DNA from: Camelus ferus
Lineage: Eukaryota
Assembly: GCF_009834535.1 (NCBI RefSeq)
Contig: NC_045696.1
Coordinates: 51,524,001-51,588,000 of the forward strand
Length of the DNA stretch: 64,000 bases
Direction: 5' to 3'
This document shows positions 47,901 to 62,505 of this stretch, piece by piece. The notes under the pieces are model-generated. The model saw nothing but the letters and a program-made list of their open reading frames with translations, was not told the DNA's origin and did no database searches. The translations under genes and the position numbers were made by a program. Within the stretch, counting starts at the first letter, position 1, and every line of letters begins with the position of its first letter.

Positions 47901-50900
47901 GCAGCCCTTTGAAATGCAGCCTATAATGTTTGGTCAGATCATATGGAAGTTAAGCAGCCCCTTGGTCATATTTTTAAAAGCAAATATAGACAGTGACAGT
48001 TGTAGAGGGGAAAATCACAGATACATTCATACGCACTTCTTTTGTTCTTCAGATATTGAGAGGGTCAGCTAAACAAGATCACCTTGACTATGAACCTCTT
48101 TGTGTCAGCCACACCAAAAAAACCCCCAAAGTTTTCTTTAAAAAATCTTCACTTTCCTACATTTGCTAAGTCTGTGCTAAAAAAAAAAAAAAAAATTCTA
48201 AAATCCTGTAAGGACAATACTGAAGCTGATAATATAAAAAGCAAACTAGAGCAGTAATGATTATTATTAAATGCACCAGATTAACTGCAGCAGGTTGGTG
48301 ATGGGTGATAAATGCAAAGAAATAATAACTCAATCAACTCATGATCATAGGCAGATTCAAAAGTTAAAATGAATATAACGTAATATATAATTCAATATAG
48401 AGCTGTTATATATAATGTGTATGTTCTAGCTTTCAGAAATACTGCAATGTAGTGTACTGTACTTAAGTAAGCATACCTAAATAGTAACTCATATTCCTCC
48501 ACAAAGTCACTAGCACTGTTAATTAAAAAAAAAAAAACTCATTTTTTTTTTCCAGTAAAAAGAAATACCTATGGTTACAGTCACAGACTTCTTTTGGATA
48601 TAGAAAGATAATATATATATTTAAAAAAGAATAACAGAAGATTGCAACTGTAAGTAGCCTTACTTAGTTGGGGGGAGGGAAAGTCACCAAAATAGAAGAG
48701 GAAAGAAAATGTCCTCTGAATTCTGTAAGTTAGCAGAAATAATCTACATGTCATAAAAAATAATAAACCATCTAGGAAAAGATGGGTGTGGGAGTGAGAA
48801 TCCGACTATTTCCAGGCCACCCTTCAGAGTCAGCTCCAAGAGCCAGGTTCATTTGTTCAGAATAGTACACCAGAGTGGCAGTCTACTTTGTCTGAGATGG
48901 GCAAGAGCCATCAATTCTTAGAGATTACCAAAAAATATTCTTCCGAGAGTCTATTGGTTTGCTAGACATGGTAAACAACCCACTCCTGGAAAGACTTCGG
49001 CAAAGGCCACATTGGTTTCAGGAGACACAGTTTGTAAATGATGATAGTTTCCTGCAGATGCAGGCAGGATTAGGAAGCTTTCATTTGAGAGCAAAACTTA
49101 CAAGTGGGTGGGTGTTTGGGTGCACACACTGGGTTGCATAGAGGAAAGGAATGGCGGCCTTTAAGCCATGAAATGGCTCAGGCCAAAGATTGTATGGGCC
49201 TTGCCTGCCTGGCCTCGGTGCCCCCTCCCTGCCAGGAGACCTGACTGCTGCTCCCTCTTGTCCACTTGCCAGTTAAGTACGTCTGTTCTACCTTCTTCTG
49301 GAGGAAAACAGCCTGTCACTGTGGGTTTGCTGTGGATCCAACAAGCTGCCTTTGTTTCTCCCAACTCTGAAACACTACAAAAAGCAACAGAGTGGGCAGG
49401 TGACTGCTTCCTGGGAAGGGAGCCACCAGTCTTGAGCACAATGGTGGGAAGAGGCAACTGTATCTATGCACCAGGGCCTATGCCTGTGTGTGCTTTGAGA
49501 TGCACACACACTCTCAGACTACTGCAAGTACACGCACAATCACACACGTACACACACATCAGTAAATCCAGCAGAATTGCAGTTTGTTAAGTGCACTCTA
49601 CTCCACACAAGCATGTTCAAGTTTCTCAAGAAAGGGGTACATAGAAATTACTGATGGTTGGGCTCCTTCAGAATGCCCTAAAGCCTCACCGCAGATAGTG
49701 GACGGCATGAATGCACCCAACTAAGGCAAGAGAGCAGAAGCAGATCTGTGAGATAGGTGAGACCTCTGACTAACTAGAAATTCCAGACTCTCTCTTGTCA
49801 CTGGGGAATATGAATGGGGAGTAGTTTTGTACTGAGAGCACCTCACACCACGTGCGTACATGCATAATGTATATGCATTTACAGGCGTTTTGGACAGCAG
49901 CTGTGACATACTAGATGGGTTAAGTCCCTTTCATTACTAGAATCTACATATAAATTGCAATGATTTTGCAGGCAGTAACAAACTTCTGTTGCAACAGTAG
50001 TAGAAACAGATGTCTCCTATGGGGTTAATTTTTTTTTTTTCCTATCTTGGGTGTATCAGAATTTCACTGAAGCATTCTGAATCAAGGAAACCTCTGAATT
50101 TGAAAGAGGGCTAGTTAGGGACTTTTTATACCCTAATTAGGTATCTCAAAAGCCAGGACTACCAGAACTGTGGCTAGATTTTTCCCTATGATCTGCAGAT
50201 TGTGCTCCCTCATTGAAGACTTGAAACTTGTGAGTTTGCATTTAAACAAAGAACCACCCGATAAACCAGATGCTCACTGACACTGAGAAAAAAGTTTAGA
50301 GCTATACACTGTACAGGAAACGAAAGCTTTTTGTTGAGATTGTTCCCCCTGTTAAGGAAATGATGAAGACTGGCATCCCAGGCACCTGTGATCATGTCTC
50401 ATGGGACTCACTATTTAGCTAATATGATGTCTTTTTACATGCAGCCCAGACCTATGTCACTGCAATGGGATAGGAAATAGCAGCCACTTCCTGAGAGCAG
50501 CCCGTTTCGGACAAGTTTGGTGTCTCCCCTCCCCCACCCCTAAAGTCACGAAGCCTTCAGTCATGAACAGAGCTCGTTTTTGTGATAATGCAACTATTAA
50601 AAAGCAAGAAATGCCCATGTCTTCACATCCTTCCAATTTTTCTACCTTCTGTTCTCTTCCCTGGGCTTTCTGATTTAAGGCAGTCATTCTTTGCTATAAG
50701 TGGCTTCCTGTGAAAACACCTTAAACTGAGGTCACTTCAGATTAGGCTTAGTCTGAAAGTATTCAGTTTTGGGAGCAACAGGCTAGGCCTGAGGAACCAC
50801 TGGAATCCCGGCGTTTTAGTCAGCGGTGTGGAAGAATGATGTTTCTTGTTTCCAGAACCAGGGCGTTTTTACCTCTAGTTCAGTGCCATACATGGTTCTG

Positions 50901-53900
50901 AAAAGGAGCGCATGCCCCACAGCCCTCATCTTCTACCTCTTCACCCTAAAAAGAACAGAAACCAACCCTAGTGTCCCACGCCATTTTCTGGGATCTGTTC
51001 ATCTGCACCGCTGACCACTACAGATTCAGTGTTCCAGGAGGAAAAAAAAAAAATTGAGACTTAGAAAAATCTTTGGGGTATTTTGGTCAGTCTGATCATC
51101 TTAATACCTGGTGCTAGAAATGATGCTTTGGGTTAATAGTTTCCAGGCTCGGTGTTTATGGGACCACTGAGTCACCACAGCTTTCCTTCTTGGGGAAGTT
51201 TAAGTGGTGTCACTTAAATGGCAACTCTCCACAGACAGCTCTTGGGAAGAAGAAAATATTCTCTCTAGAGCCAGAGCTCCTCTGTGCCCCTTTTCTGTCT
51301 CCATCTGTGGCCTGAGCACCAGGGTGGAGACTGCTTTTGAAAGTTTGCCCCACGTAATCTGTTTCCTGGGCACCTACGAGAACAGCCGCCCTCTTCATGG
51401 AAACACAGAAGAGAAAGCAGCTGCTGCCGTCCCGCCGCGAGGAGGGCGCGTCTGGCCGGGGAGCCCGGCGGCGGGTCAGCTGGGGGCTCCCCCTCACCCG
51501 CTGCAGGCCCACAGGCACTGGGTGGTTGCCTTGTTTCTTTTGTGTGGAAATAGGGAGTCTATTGAAATTCTAGTTCGCCCTTCCTTTTGTCTGACACCAA
51601 GTCACATGGTTCTGTCTTTAGTGTCCTATTTTCCTCTTTATAAAATTTCTTTTTCTAGGGGGACAAAATTGGCCATTTAAATAAAGTTCTTTTATAGTGA
51701 GTAAAGAGGTTTCTCAGAGCCAGAAATCACTCAAAAGAAAGTCTGTCGACCCTACCCATGGAAAAGCCCAGAGATTTCTCTCAATACCTCTTGCCAAACC
51801 TCCTCGTGTTGCGACTGGATGGTTTTTGGCTCCGCATTATTGGGCGCTGAATACATTTTTGCAGTCCTTCTGTTCTCTTCCTCAGGGCTCCCAGTACCCT
51901 GGACTTCAACTCAGGACTAAATTAAAGAATTCTTTCAGAAGATTTCTTTTAAGAGTCAGGTCACAACAGAAAGGGGGACTCCCTTCTCTGAAACCCCAAG
52001 GTCATCTCAGGTTGTGCCGGCTTTCCGTTGCGCCTTGGTTTTGTTTGTTTTTGCCGCGGTTGCACCCTGGTGGTAGCAGAGTCATTCGAGCAGAGGCGAT
52101 AACCTTCGCTGCGGAATCAAGCATCCTTTGCGCCCAGCCCCAACTGATTCAATAACGTCTTCTGGAACAACAGAGGAAGGCTGCAGAACGGGCAGAGCTA
52201 GGGTGAACCCTGGCAGCTCTATCTCACTGCCCTCTTTCCTAAGGGCAACAGGTGTTGGGAGTGTCATGAGGGAGCCACACCGAGGATGCAGTGCGAACCC
52301 TTATTATGTTCTCTCGGAGGCGCTGAGGGATTTTATAACGCGCAAGCCTCACTTGCAACTTCTGGGCTGAGGGAAAACACTGATTTGGGGTCTGAGCGGG
52401 GCGCACCTTTGGTGTGTGCTACAATGGAGATACAGGGAGGTGATGGATTTAGGGCTTATGTGAAACCAACACCACCAGAGGAAACCTTTCTTTTCTTCAT
52501 ATCACAATGCACAGATTCTAACTGTTCATGAGTTGAAAGAAGTTTTCTTGGTCCTTACAGAATGTTGGCCTGATACAAAATAAAATCCCCCATGACTTTT
52601 AAACAAAGCGCATTTAAGTCTTTCTTTCTAAGGCCGGCAGCTACTGTGACCTCTGAGATGCCGAGATGCCGAGGAAGAAGGAATGGGCTTCAGCGAGAGC
52701 AGCAGCAGGAAATGACCCACTGCACTGACTCAGGGCACAAGCAGATTCAGGGCGTTAGGGATCTGGCAAAGAAAAAGTCTACATAACTGTTACTAGGAGC
52801 TAAAGTTTGCAACTCAAACTGTACGGTAAGAAATATTTTGATATAGAGACTTCCATTTTAGACTTTTTTTTTTTGGCCTGGCTTGTTTCTCAGTCTTTTT
52901 CCATGTGTACATTTATATCAGATCCATGTGTCCCGATTACCTCCTTTTGGGGGGCTATATTTTACACATTTGGGGTCTTTAGGGATACAAAGATTGGCAT
53001 TTATTATATTAATAGGGGAAATATTGCCCACTTTGAGATGCTACCAATGTTTTTAGTGCTAAGAAATTTTATTTTTCAGAAACTATATCTAAATGTCTTG
53101 AGATAAACATTCCCCTTTGACATTTTTCCTTTCCCTTGTCTAGCTAATCCAGTTTTAAATCATAAATTGTTAAAAAGAAAAACAACAACACTTTTCCGTA
53201 CCAGCTCTTGTTCCCTGTACTCATCCTAAGAGGTCTTAAATCTGGAACATTTACTTCCATTTCATCTATTTTTTTTTTTCCTGGCTACTGAATTAAAAAA
53301 AAATTATTTTAGCACTCATAGCATCCTAGCATAAAGTTCTAAATGAAAGAAGATTGTTGGATTTGAAGCAACAACAACAAAAAAGAAAGAACTCATGCTC
53401 ATCTTCTATTCTTGAAGCAAAATGCTTCTCCATTCCTAAGATATTGGTGATTATTTAATTTAAAAGTTAGGATTGCCAATCTAAAAGCATCTCTTTCCTT
53501 TTGAAATAGGTACAGACTGTAGGTCAAAGCAGCCCTTTCAGAGGCCAGAGAGCAGAGTAAAGGTTCCACAGCACGTTCACTGCTCCCTGGGATGAGCTCT
53601 TCCACCCCAGTCTAGCTGCTTCCTCTCTCTAGAGAACAATCTATCAACTATTTCAGACTCTGAGATGTTTGGGAAGAGCAGACACACAGTAGGAAAAATT
53701 CTACTGCTGTACAGACCTGGATAGTCCATGTTGTTATGATGATTACATCACCTCACCAGGAATTCTTTGGGAGTCCTCCAACATTTAAAAAAAAAAAAAG
53801 ATACTTCATTTGAAGGGAAAGAATGAATATTGGGGTTAAACCCAACTGGCATTTTCCCTCCTACTTGTTCTGTCACAAAAGGTGGATTTTAACCCAATTG

Positions 53901-55659
53901 CTTAGTTTTGTACGTGGCAAGTCAGCATTAAGGCAAATGGGTCTCCCTCAGATTTGAGCAGCAGATAGTTGAATGTGGCCCATAATGGCACCCCAGATCA
54001 CATTTTTGGAGGTGCTGTAATGTCTGTCTACTTTGCTAAGGTTTGAATAAGGACACTATTTTAAACCAGCTACTGTCAAATAATTCAAAATATTTTAAAG
54101 TGGCTTTTGGCCTTCTTTCATTTGTAACATATGCTGAGTGATTTCATGTCATTTCCCTCTAGATTAAAGAGATCTTTCTCTTAATGTCATTTTTTTTTTG
54201 ATAGCACGAGTTGAATGACTTGTTTTTCAAAATACCAAAATTGTATAACATGGTTAATTAACTAATGCTCCCTCTGTTGGTAGTAAGTGGAAATATTCGA
54301 GTCTTCACATTGCTATTTCAAAAAAGCAAAATTAGCAAGAGAAGATGGACTGTTTCTTATTTCTGAAGCTGTTTCCCACTAACCTTTAAAACAAGTCAAC
54401 TTTGGACACATAGTTCTTGGCAGGACTCCTCTTAGATGGGTGTGATACTTGATGGTCAGTTAATCATCCAAGTCTACGTTAAAACTTCTAGCAAAATATT
54501 TACTGAGTTAAGGACCATGGACCAAATCAAACTCACATATACTCCAGCTGCACTAACTCTACTAAACATCACCTAGAACTTATGGAAAAGATACAAGTTA
54601 ACCAATTCTAAAATGTATGAGTAAAACCAATTTAGTTATTACAGAATTGCCTCCCTTGGAAGACTTCACCTCATTTCTTGCACAGTTATTGTAAATAAAT
54701 TGCTAATAGGAAAATTAAATTAAAATGCAAAGTAATTTTGAAACTAAAATACATTTTTTTTAAAATTGTAGTTTAGTGTTTCTGCTTTGTTTAAAGATTT
54801 ACTTTTCCCCTTAAATGTGTTAAAATACGTCCAGCAATGAAATCACCTGTGGAGTTTTCATTAGGTTTAAGAATTCTTATATTTGAGTTGGAGTCCCTTC
54901 AGGACACTGTCTATAATGGAAAAATCTCTATTCTGATACCTTAATCAGAACCGAGGAGAGAAATCCCAACTAGGAAGAGAGAGTGGCATCTAAGATGATG
55001 CAATGAATTGGTGGCCTTTTGCATGATGGATGTTGGCATCCAGGAGATTTTTGTTAGTTTCTTTCAAACTTTTCCAAAAAGCAAGGGTTAATAAATCATC
55101 TAGAGAACAATCATTTTATTTAGCCCTCTCGACCAGGGTGGCAATAGTCAGAAGGTGATATATGAAAGGAAGAAAGTCATTTTGGCATCGAGACACCCTG
55201 ATCTGCTACAGGCTTCTGATAACACTGCTCTCTGTAGTTGTGAAGGGGGAGAGGGAGGGGGGAGGGCAGAGTTTGGTGAACCCCTCCTCCCGGCTGACCA
55301 CAAAAGGAAAGAACCCATTTGTCAAGACCTCTAGACTACTAGTGTTTCATCAAAGAAAAAAAGAAAAGTCAATAGAAATTCTAGAATCCTAAGATCTCAA
55401 TGAACTTTCAGAGAAGCAAGAAATCTTTTTCTGAAAGATAAAGTTCCTCCCGTGAAAAAGAACAGAATTCTAGATGAATCAGTTGAAAACAAATATTCAG
55501 TGGAGCAACTTAAGCTTGCTAAAAGTCAAAGAACTACATATCAAAATACAAAGCAGCAGTTCAGATTACAGCAGGGATGGGCTGGCCAGAGGCCTTCAAC
55601 AACCCAGGCAATACTTAAAATAATAAAAATTAAGAAAAATTTAAAAAAATATGAAGAAA

Positions 55660-55703
55660 ATATCCTTCCTCTCTTTCAAATATAACTTTAATTGCCTTTT
55701 ATT
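55660..55703 (-). terminator. ZBTB20: Candidate ZBTB20 proximal polyadenylation site (AATAAA plus ATTAAA)
   Basis: tttatt at 55698-55703 and tttaat at 55687-55692, followed on the minus strand by a long U-rich tract. It would give a UTR of about 1.3 kb. Confidence 0.45.
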
Positions 55704-56954
55704 CTTTCTATCTGGAAGCAGTATCGCTAACCTTAACAGTCTTGACTTACCAAAAAATATATATATGCGTGTGAAATAAAATAAAAGAGAAGGGATTGGT
55801 GGCAGTGTATGCAAAACCAAAATGAAAAAAAAAATTACTTTTAACAATCTCACTTTTTTTGTTTTTTTTTTTACACAAATACTGTTGTAAATATATTAAA
55901 AAAATCAGCATTCTATCTGGTAAACGTCACTTTTGCCCCTCTATAAAATTTTGAATTAAAAAAGCCTCAAGAACTTTTCATTATTCCCCCCACCCTCCAT
56001 TTCTCTTTCTTTTTCTCTTCCACAAGAATATATCCTGACACTTTTTTTTTTTTTGCAAAGATTGTTGGAAATAATCCTTCTCTTGTACCTAGAAACATAG
56101 GTGCAAACCTCTGATATCTTTGTTTTATCTGCATTCCTGCCTTTCATGAAAGTCCCTCTTGATTGTGCTGAGGCTGTGGCTCAGCGAAGACACTGAATAA
56201 ATACGATAGCCACTGTTGCTTGATGCTCGTCCAGGTCTTCCTGGCTTCTGCTGAAAGGAGGGGTGGGGAGGAGGTGGGCCAGGGTGTGCGGACCCTGCAG
56301 AACCAGGGGGAGAAGGCTGCCGTCTGCCTCTCCCACACCACCAAGCCCACGCCCCTTCCCACCCCCCACAGCCCTTGTATGAAATCAGACAATGTGGTAG
56401 GTGGAAAACAGCAGGGCCTTTCCTCTGGGTTCTCAACCAGAAAGTGATATTCCACAGTTTTAACTGGTTACTGTGAAGTCCAAGCGGCCAGAATTGTGAA
56501 AATGTCCACTGAAACACTGCAAGCGGTGTACTTAAAGACAGTAGGCCTTTTAGATTTTGTTATATATTTTTGTAGTGCTCTTCACAAGTGAAAAAAAAAA
56601 TTTTTTTTTTACTTTTTTTTTTTTAAAGATTTTTTTTTTTTGTAAAGAAGGGTTGTATTTAGAGGCCAGTAGCTAGAGATCCAACCAGTGGACCTCCTGA
56701 AGCACTACCAGGCCTTAAGGCCACCATCCGAGGGAGGCTGGGAGAAGCATTATTCACCCGGGCCTCCGGAAATGTAATGTACCAGCAGGCAAAAAACAGT
56801 TCTTCATGTAGTACAAAATGAAACGAAACAAAAACAAAAACAGAAAGTAAAAATGAAACCAAAACATTTCTTAAATTCTAGTGCCATAGCTTTTTTTTTT
56901 TTGTTTGTTTCTTTTTTTGTTGTTTTGTTCATAAGAAAGAGAGAAAGATACTAC

Positions 56955-57641
<687 letters not shown>

Positions 57642-60614
57642 TTAGAAGTCTTCCAAGGTCATTCTGTGGACAAATGGGAGTGCTACTTTAAAGGGATCAT
57701 GTTCAGTGCCATCATTAGGGGATTTCACTGTGGGTTTGCCATTTACATTATCAAACAAATATAAGAAATAAGAGAGAGAAAATTTCTTTGGAGACATGGG
57801 GGTTTCTAGGATCTTTGGAAACAAAGGACGGTGGTCACAATGCTTGGCTCTTTGGGGACGGTCTCCACTTTCAGTATTTTGTCTAGTAAATGCACTCATG
57901 CCTTGATTATAGGTCTGTAAAATATTGGCTAACGTGGGAGTAAGTCCTACTGAAGAGCTATGCCTTTGATTGTTATCTACTTTAGACAGAAATCTTCCTA
58001 AAATGTAACTTAAGAGAGTCAACTGGCTATTCTGCCTGGACTGCACTGAGTTGCGTATTGGCCTCGTCTGGTGTGGAGGTTGAGTAGGTGGTTGACAGCA
58101 CAATGATCTCAGAGTCAAATGGTCCTGTTCAAATGCAGGCACCAACACAGGGCATGCTACTCTGACAAATCTCCAAATGCCTCTGAGGTATACAGTTCTA
58201 CTTACCTCACTGTGCTGGTGTTGACATAAAATACATATGAAATCACTTTGCAGACCACCAAGAGTGGAGTGGGAATACTTGCACTGGTGTTCTTATTATA
58301 AGACTAATTCTCTGCCTCCCCAGCCCCCATTAAATGGTTCCATACGCTTTTTTTTGAACTCTTGAGTCAATTTTAAAAATAGTTTTCTCTTTCCTTGCTC
58401 TCAGTGTGTTGGCTGAAACCCTTCTTTCTCCTCAGTTTACTGCTTTGATTTGCTATTGGCTTAGAAACCAAACAATCAAGCTTGCTAAAATCTGTAACAT
58501 AAATAAGAATATTGTCACTGAATGACCACATGAGATATTCTGCTATAAGTAATATCCACAGGCCTGTAACATCTCTCTGGATGAACAGAGGCTTGTTTTT
58601 GTTGGTGCTGTTTGTTCTCTGCTCTGCTCTTGGCGGGTGAGATGAACTACAATAAGGTGTTTCCATCTCTCCCACCTCATGGCTGACTGCCCATTGGAGG
58701 CACCCACCTCAGAGAAGAAAGTCTGTCTATGCTCTCTTCTCTAACCCAGCCCAAAGCTCAAAGCCTTTGAAACTCTCTGGGGTAATATTTCAACATCTGG
58801 ACGATGCATCAGGGTAGGAAATCTAGCTCTTGAATCTGAGTTAACTGCCATTTAAAATATGTGCCTTGACTGTGTTTCCACTTTTTCCATCGTGAAACAG
58901 AAGAGGTTTGATGTGTCGTGGTGATAATGGCAATGAAAACAATCAGCAGGTACTACGTGCTTACTACGCGCCAGGCTCCGGGTTAGCGCTTTATGTTCGT
59001 GATCTGTTTTATGAAACTTTAACTCATCAGAAAGCTTTTTTGTTGTGTTTGTAAACATGAAAAATATGGTCTGAAGTTCAGGATCCTAAGAAATGGCTGT
59101 TTGGTTTAGAAATTACTCCACAAATTTCCAAGCCGATTTTACTGATCTTTGAACTTCTTTCCTTTAGTTATTTACTAATGTTTTGGCCGAGTTCCTTCTC
59201 CTCTCTGCTGTCTTCCAATTTCCTTTCCCTTCTTTCTCACTGATGAAACAACATGAGCCCTAGGACTGCAGGATGAGAAGAGAAGGGTTTCACTTTTAGG
59301 CTAAGATTTGGGAATTTAGGGAAGACTTGTTCTTAAATGAAGAGTTCAGTCTATGTGTGGTGTTTGTGTAGGTAGTTTGTTTGTTTGTTTGTTTGTTTTT
59401 GAAATGAGAGATTCCCTGAGAGAGACAGTCAAGCACGTTATTTTTAGTTGGAACGTTTCTGTCAGCTGTAAACATGCTTGAAACTCAAGCTGGTCTTTGT
59501 CATCCTCGTGCTTTTGGTACACTTTCTAGAGGCTGTGATAGGCCGGCCAGCTAACTTTTAAAACAGGTCCACCTGTCACCTTTAATGGGAAGTGTGCCTT
59601 CTTAGGTTCCAGATGGTATTTTGGCTGCTAGGAAGTTGAAACTTTGTCTGTGTTAAAATGCTCTTGCTGTTTGGAACTTTTGCCTTCTTAGAGCGTATAT
59701 TTCCTCAAGGCAAGGTCACTGATGATGGCTTTTTATTTTCACACCCTTCTAATATGACTATCAATGGATTCTTCACAGTTGTCATCTTTCCCTCCATAGC
59801 ATCTATGTTTATGTCATTTGTATGCACGTAGTTTTGGTTGGACCATCTATTATCCCTGTGACCCTGGGCTTTCTAAGTGTTTCCATCTCTCTGGGTTTGT
59901 TTCCCCTTCTGTAAGTGAGGAGTTGGACCAAGCACTTGCCATGTCCCTTTGCAGGTTTAGAGGCCTTCTCCCACTGTGGCCCACATCCCTGATGACTCTG
60001 GTCTAGGCCTTGTCAACGCATGACCTGAGGGTGACCTGCTTAAATCACTCAAGGCATCAGCAGTTCCACATTTTAAATAGGACAAAGTGTCCTGCCACAG
60101 AAAAACAGTGTGATAGTTAATGAGGAAAAATGTTTGCAAAGCACTTGGGAGCTCCTTAAAGGCAAGTGCTCTATAATTATTCAGGTGCTGTGCTGGTGGT
60201 GTGTGGGTTTTCCAGGAACTGTCTTACTAAATGGGCTACATTTTCAGATTAGTCAGGTGTAAACAACTCATTTCTTTATGTGTGGATCTGAAACAGTATC
60301 ACTCACTAGAAATGTTAATATTGCTCTCTCCCATTATTTTCCTGCATATTCCTTATAGTCATTCCCAAAGGGCTTTCAACATGATACATGAAATGGATAT
60401 GGTCTGTTGACTGTTGCTCTCAATGTGGAGAAATGAAAAGTTAAGATGATGCAGTGGATGGCTTTCCAGGTCTGAGCCTCTGGCCAGAAATGCCAAGTCT
60501 GATTGGTTAGAGAGGGACACAGAGTACAAAGCAGACACTAGAATTAGACACATGATGGGGAAACTCATATAAGCCCCCTACACTTTAACATGATCTGTTT
60601 TGGGGCCATACAGA

Positions 60615-60750
60615 TGCAGGAGTCAGATATGAATTCCACTTCCTTGGCTGGATGACCTGGGCATGTTACTTAACCTCGCTAAGCCTCAGTTTCCTTATCT
60701 GCAACTTGAGAATAATATAGTAAGTACCTGTCTTGTGAAGACGTTTTGAA
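60615..60750 (+). mobile_element. MIR SINE
   Basis: gatgacctgggcatgttacttaacctcgctaagcctcagtttccttatctgcaa. Confidence 0.8.
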
Positions 60751-61486
60751 AATGAAAGAGAGAGAAAATACTCTGCACAGCATATGTTATCGCTTGAAGA
60801 AAAATTCAACTGTTCCCTTCAGCACAAAGGAACTGGTGATAAATGAAGTCAACTGAAAAATGACTTGTGCGGCATGGGGAAGCCAACACAGAATTTAAAG
60901 AAGAATTGTTTCAGATAATCAATAAAGCAAGTGATTATACTGCAGCTATGCAGTTCAGAACTAAGGGTCCAGTCTTTTCTCAGCCACGTATGCTCATGGA
61001 AAGAAGTGACACCATGAATAAAGTATAGGCAAATGGCATAGAAAGAGGATTTCTTAGCAGGCAACAAGTGAGTTCTGGAGGCTGAAAAAACAGATGGCAC
61101 GTGGGGGAACTGAAGAGGAGGCAGCATCCTTTACAGTTCCATGGGTGGGGAGCAGTGAATGCATGTATTTTCCCCCATTTTTGGATGCCTGCTCTCTAAA
61201 GCGTCACTCTTCAACTCTTTCTTGTGGACCAGCACTGATACTCTACCATGACTGACAAGAAAAAGAAAAAAAGAAAAAGAAATTTAAGTCTTTCTGAGAA
61301 AATAATGTGTTTATGTATATGTCCCCTGAATTAAGTTCACGGGGAAAGCACACTCACTTATTTGAACATTCATTCACTGACTCAACAAATCCTTGTTAAG
61401 CAGCTACATATGCTAGCCTGTATTCATCTTTAGGTTTTAAAGCAAGAAGTCCCAAGACTGAGTCTTAAAAGAAAGTCCCACCTTAA

Positions 61487-61678
61487 TAGCACTGCCAGAT
61501 AAACTACCTGGCACCCAGTTAAATCGAAATTTCAGATAAACAATGAATTTCTTTTAGTATAAGTATGTCACAAAATACTGAATGGGACATACTTACACTA
61601 AAAAATACTTGTCATTTATCCAAAATTCAAATTTAACTGGGCACCTTGTATTTTTGTTTGCCAAATCTGGCAACGCTA
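61487..61678. mobile_element. MER53 palindromic hAT MITE
   Basis: tgccagataaa...cacccagttaaatcgaaatttcagataaacaatgaa...ttagtataagtatgtc / gggacatacttacactaaaaa...tttatccaaaattcaaatttaactgggca...atctggcaac, a long inverted repeat. Confidence 0.9.
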
Positions 61679-62351
61679 TACCTGGTAGTAATTAAATACT
61701 CTGAATGCCATCTTAGTCTTGTTATTATGTGTGCAATTTTGTTATATAGACAAGGTCAGAACAAGTAGAACATGGTATCTGAATTAGGTTCAGATTCTTG
61801 GGAGAAGGTACTTAATATATAAATGTGCAAAGAATTATTGCATTATTTCTAAGGAGCTACAGCATACAATAAATAGACAAGTCTGGAAAAATAGGCCACT
61901 TTTCCTTTTGGGAGTGATTAGACGTCATTAGAGAAGGATTCAGTTCTTTCATTTATCAAATATTTCTTGAATGTTTATTATGTGTAAGGTATTATGCTAG
62001 GTATATCAACATATAAGATATATATTTCTCTATATATCATATATATAATTATATATGAACCTTATTTCACAAGGTTTACAGTCCAGTGGGAAGGGACTAA
62101 GACACCCATATAATGATAATGCAAGTCAGTACTGTTAAGTGCCAGAGGGGCAATTTGCCAGGGAACCTGTGCATATATGAGATATTTGCATGCACAATAC
62201 AATTAATGACTATAAAAGCCATCTGTTGTCCATAACTCTGGTTTACTTTTTCCAAGCACATAGATTCTTACAAGTGGGATTTTGGAGAGCCATGTTATAT
62301 AACAAAGGCAACCTGAAACCATCCTCCTCCAGATCACCCAGGCTATCTAGG

Positions 62352-62505
62352 GACATGACACCCAGCTTCGTGTGAGTCAGGGCTTGTTAAAGCGCAGGGT
62401 GCTGGGCTCCATCACCAGAGTCTCTGGTCCGGGTCTGATGGACCTGAGAAACTGCCTGCTGCTGCTGCTGCTGCTGCAGCGTCACACCCTGAGAAGCACT
62501 GCTCC
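62352..62505. mobile_element. MER5A with an internal (CTG)7 run
   Basis: gggcttgttaaagcgcagggtgctgggctcc...cacaccctgagaagcactgctc. Confidence 0.7.

Larger units (their letters stand above)
32700..56954 (-). other. ZBTB20: ZBTB20 very long 3'UTR (about 24 kb)
   Basis: Continuous stretch with many A/U tracts and almost no recognisable interspersed repeats, running from the stop codon to a poly(A) signal at 32722-32727. It contains MIR568. Human ZBTB20 has a similarly long annotated UTR (recalled knowledge). Confidence 0.75.

Noticed and set aside
56591..56641. A/T homopolymer block as a ZBTB20 3' end or hairpin
   Set aside because: It is A-rich on the mRNA strand without an adjacent canonical PAS, so more likely an oligo-dT internal-priming site.
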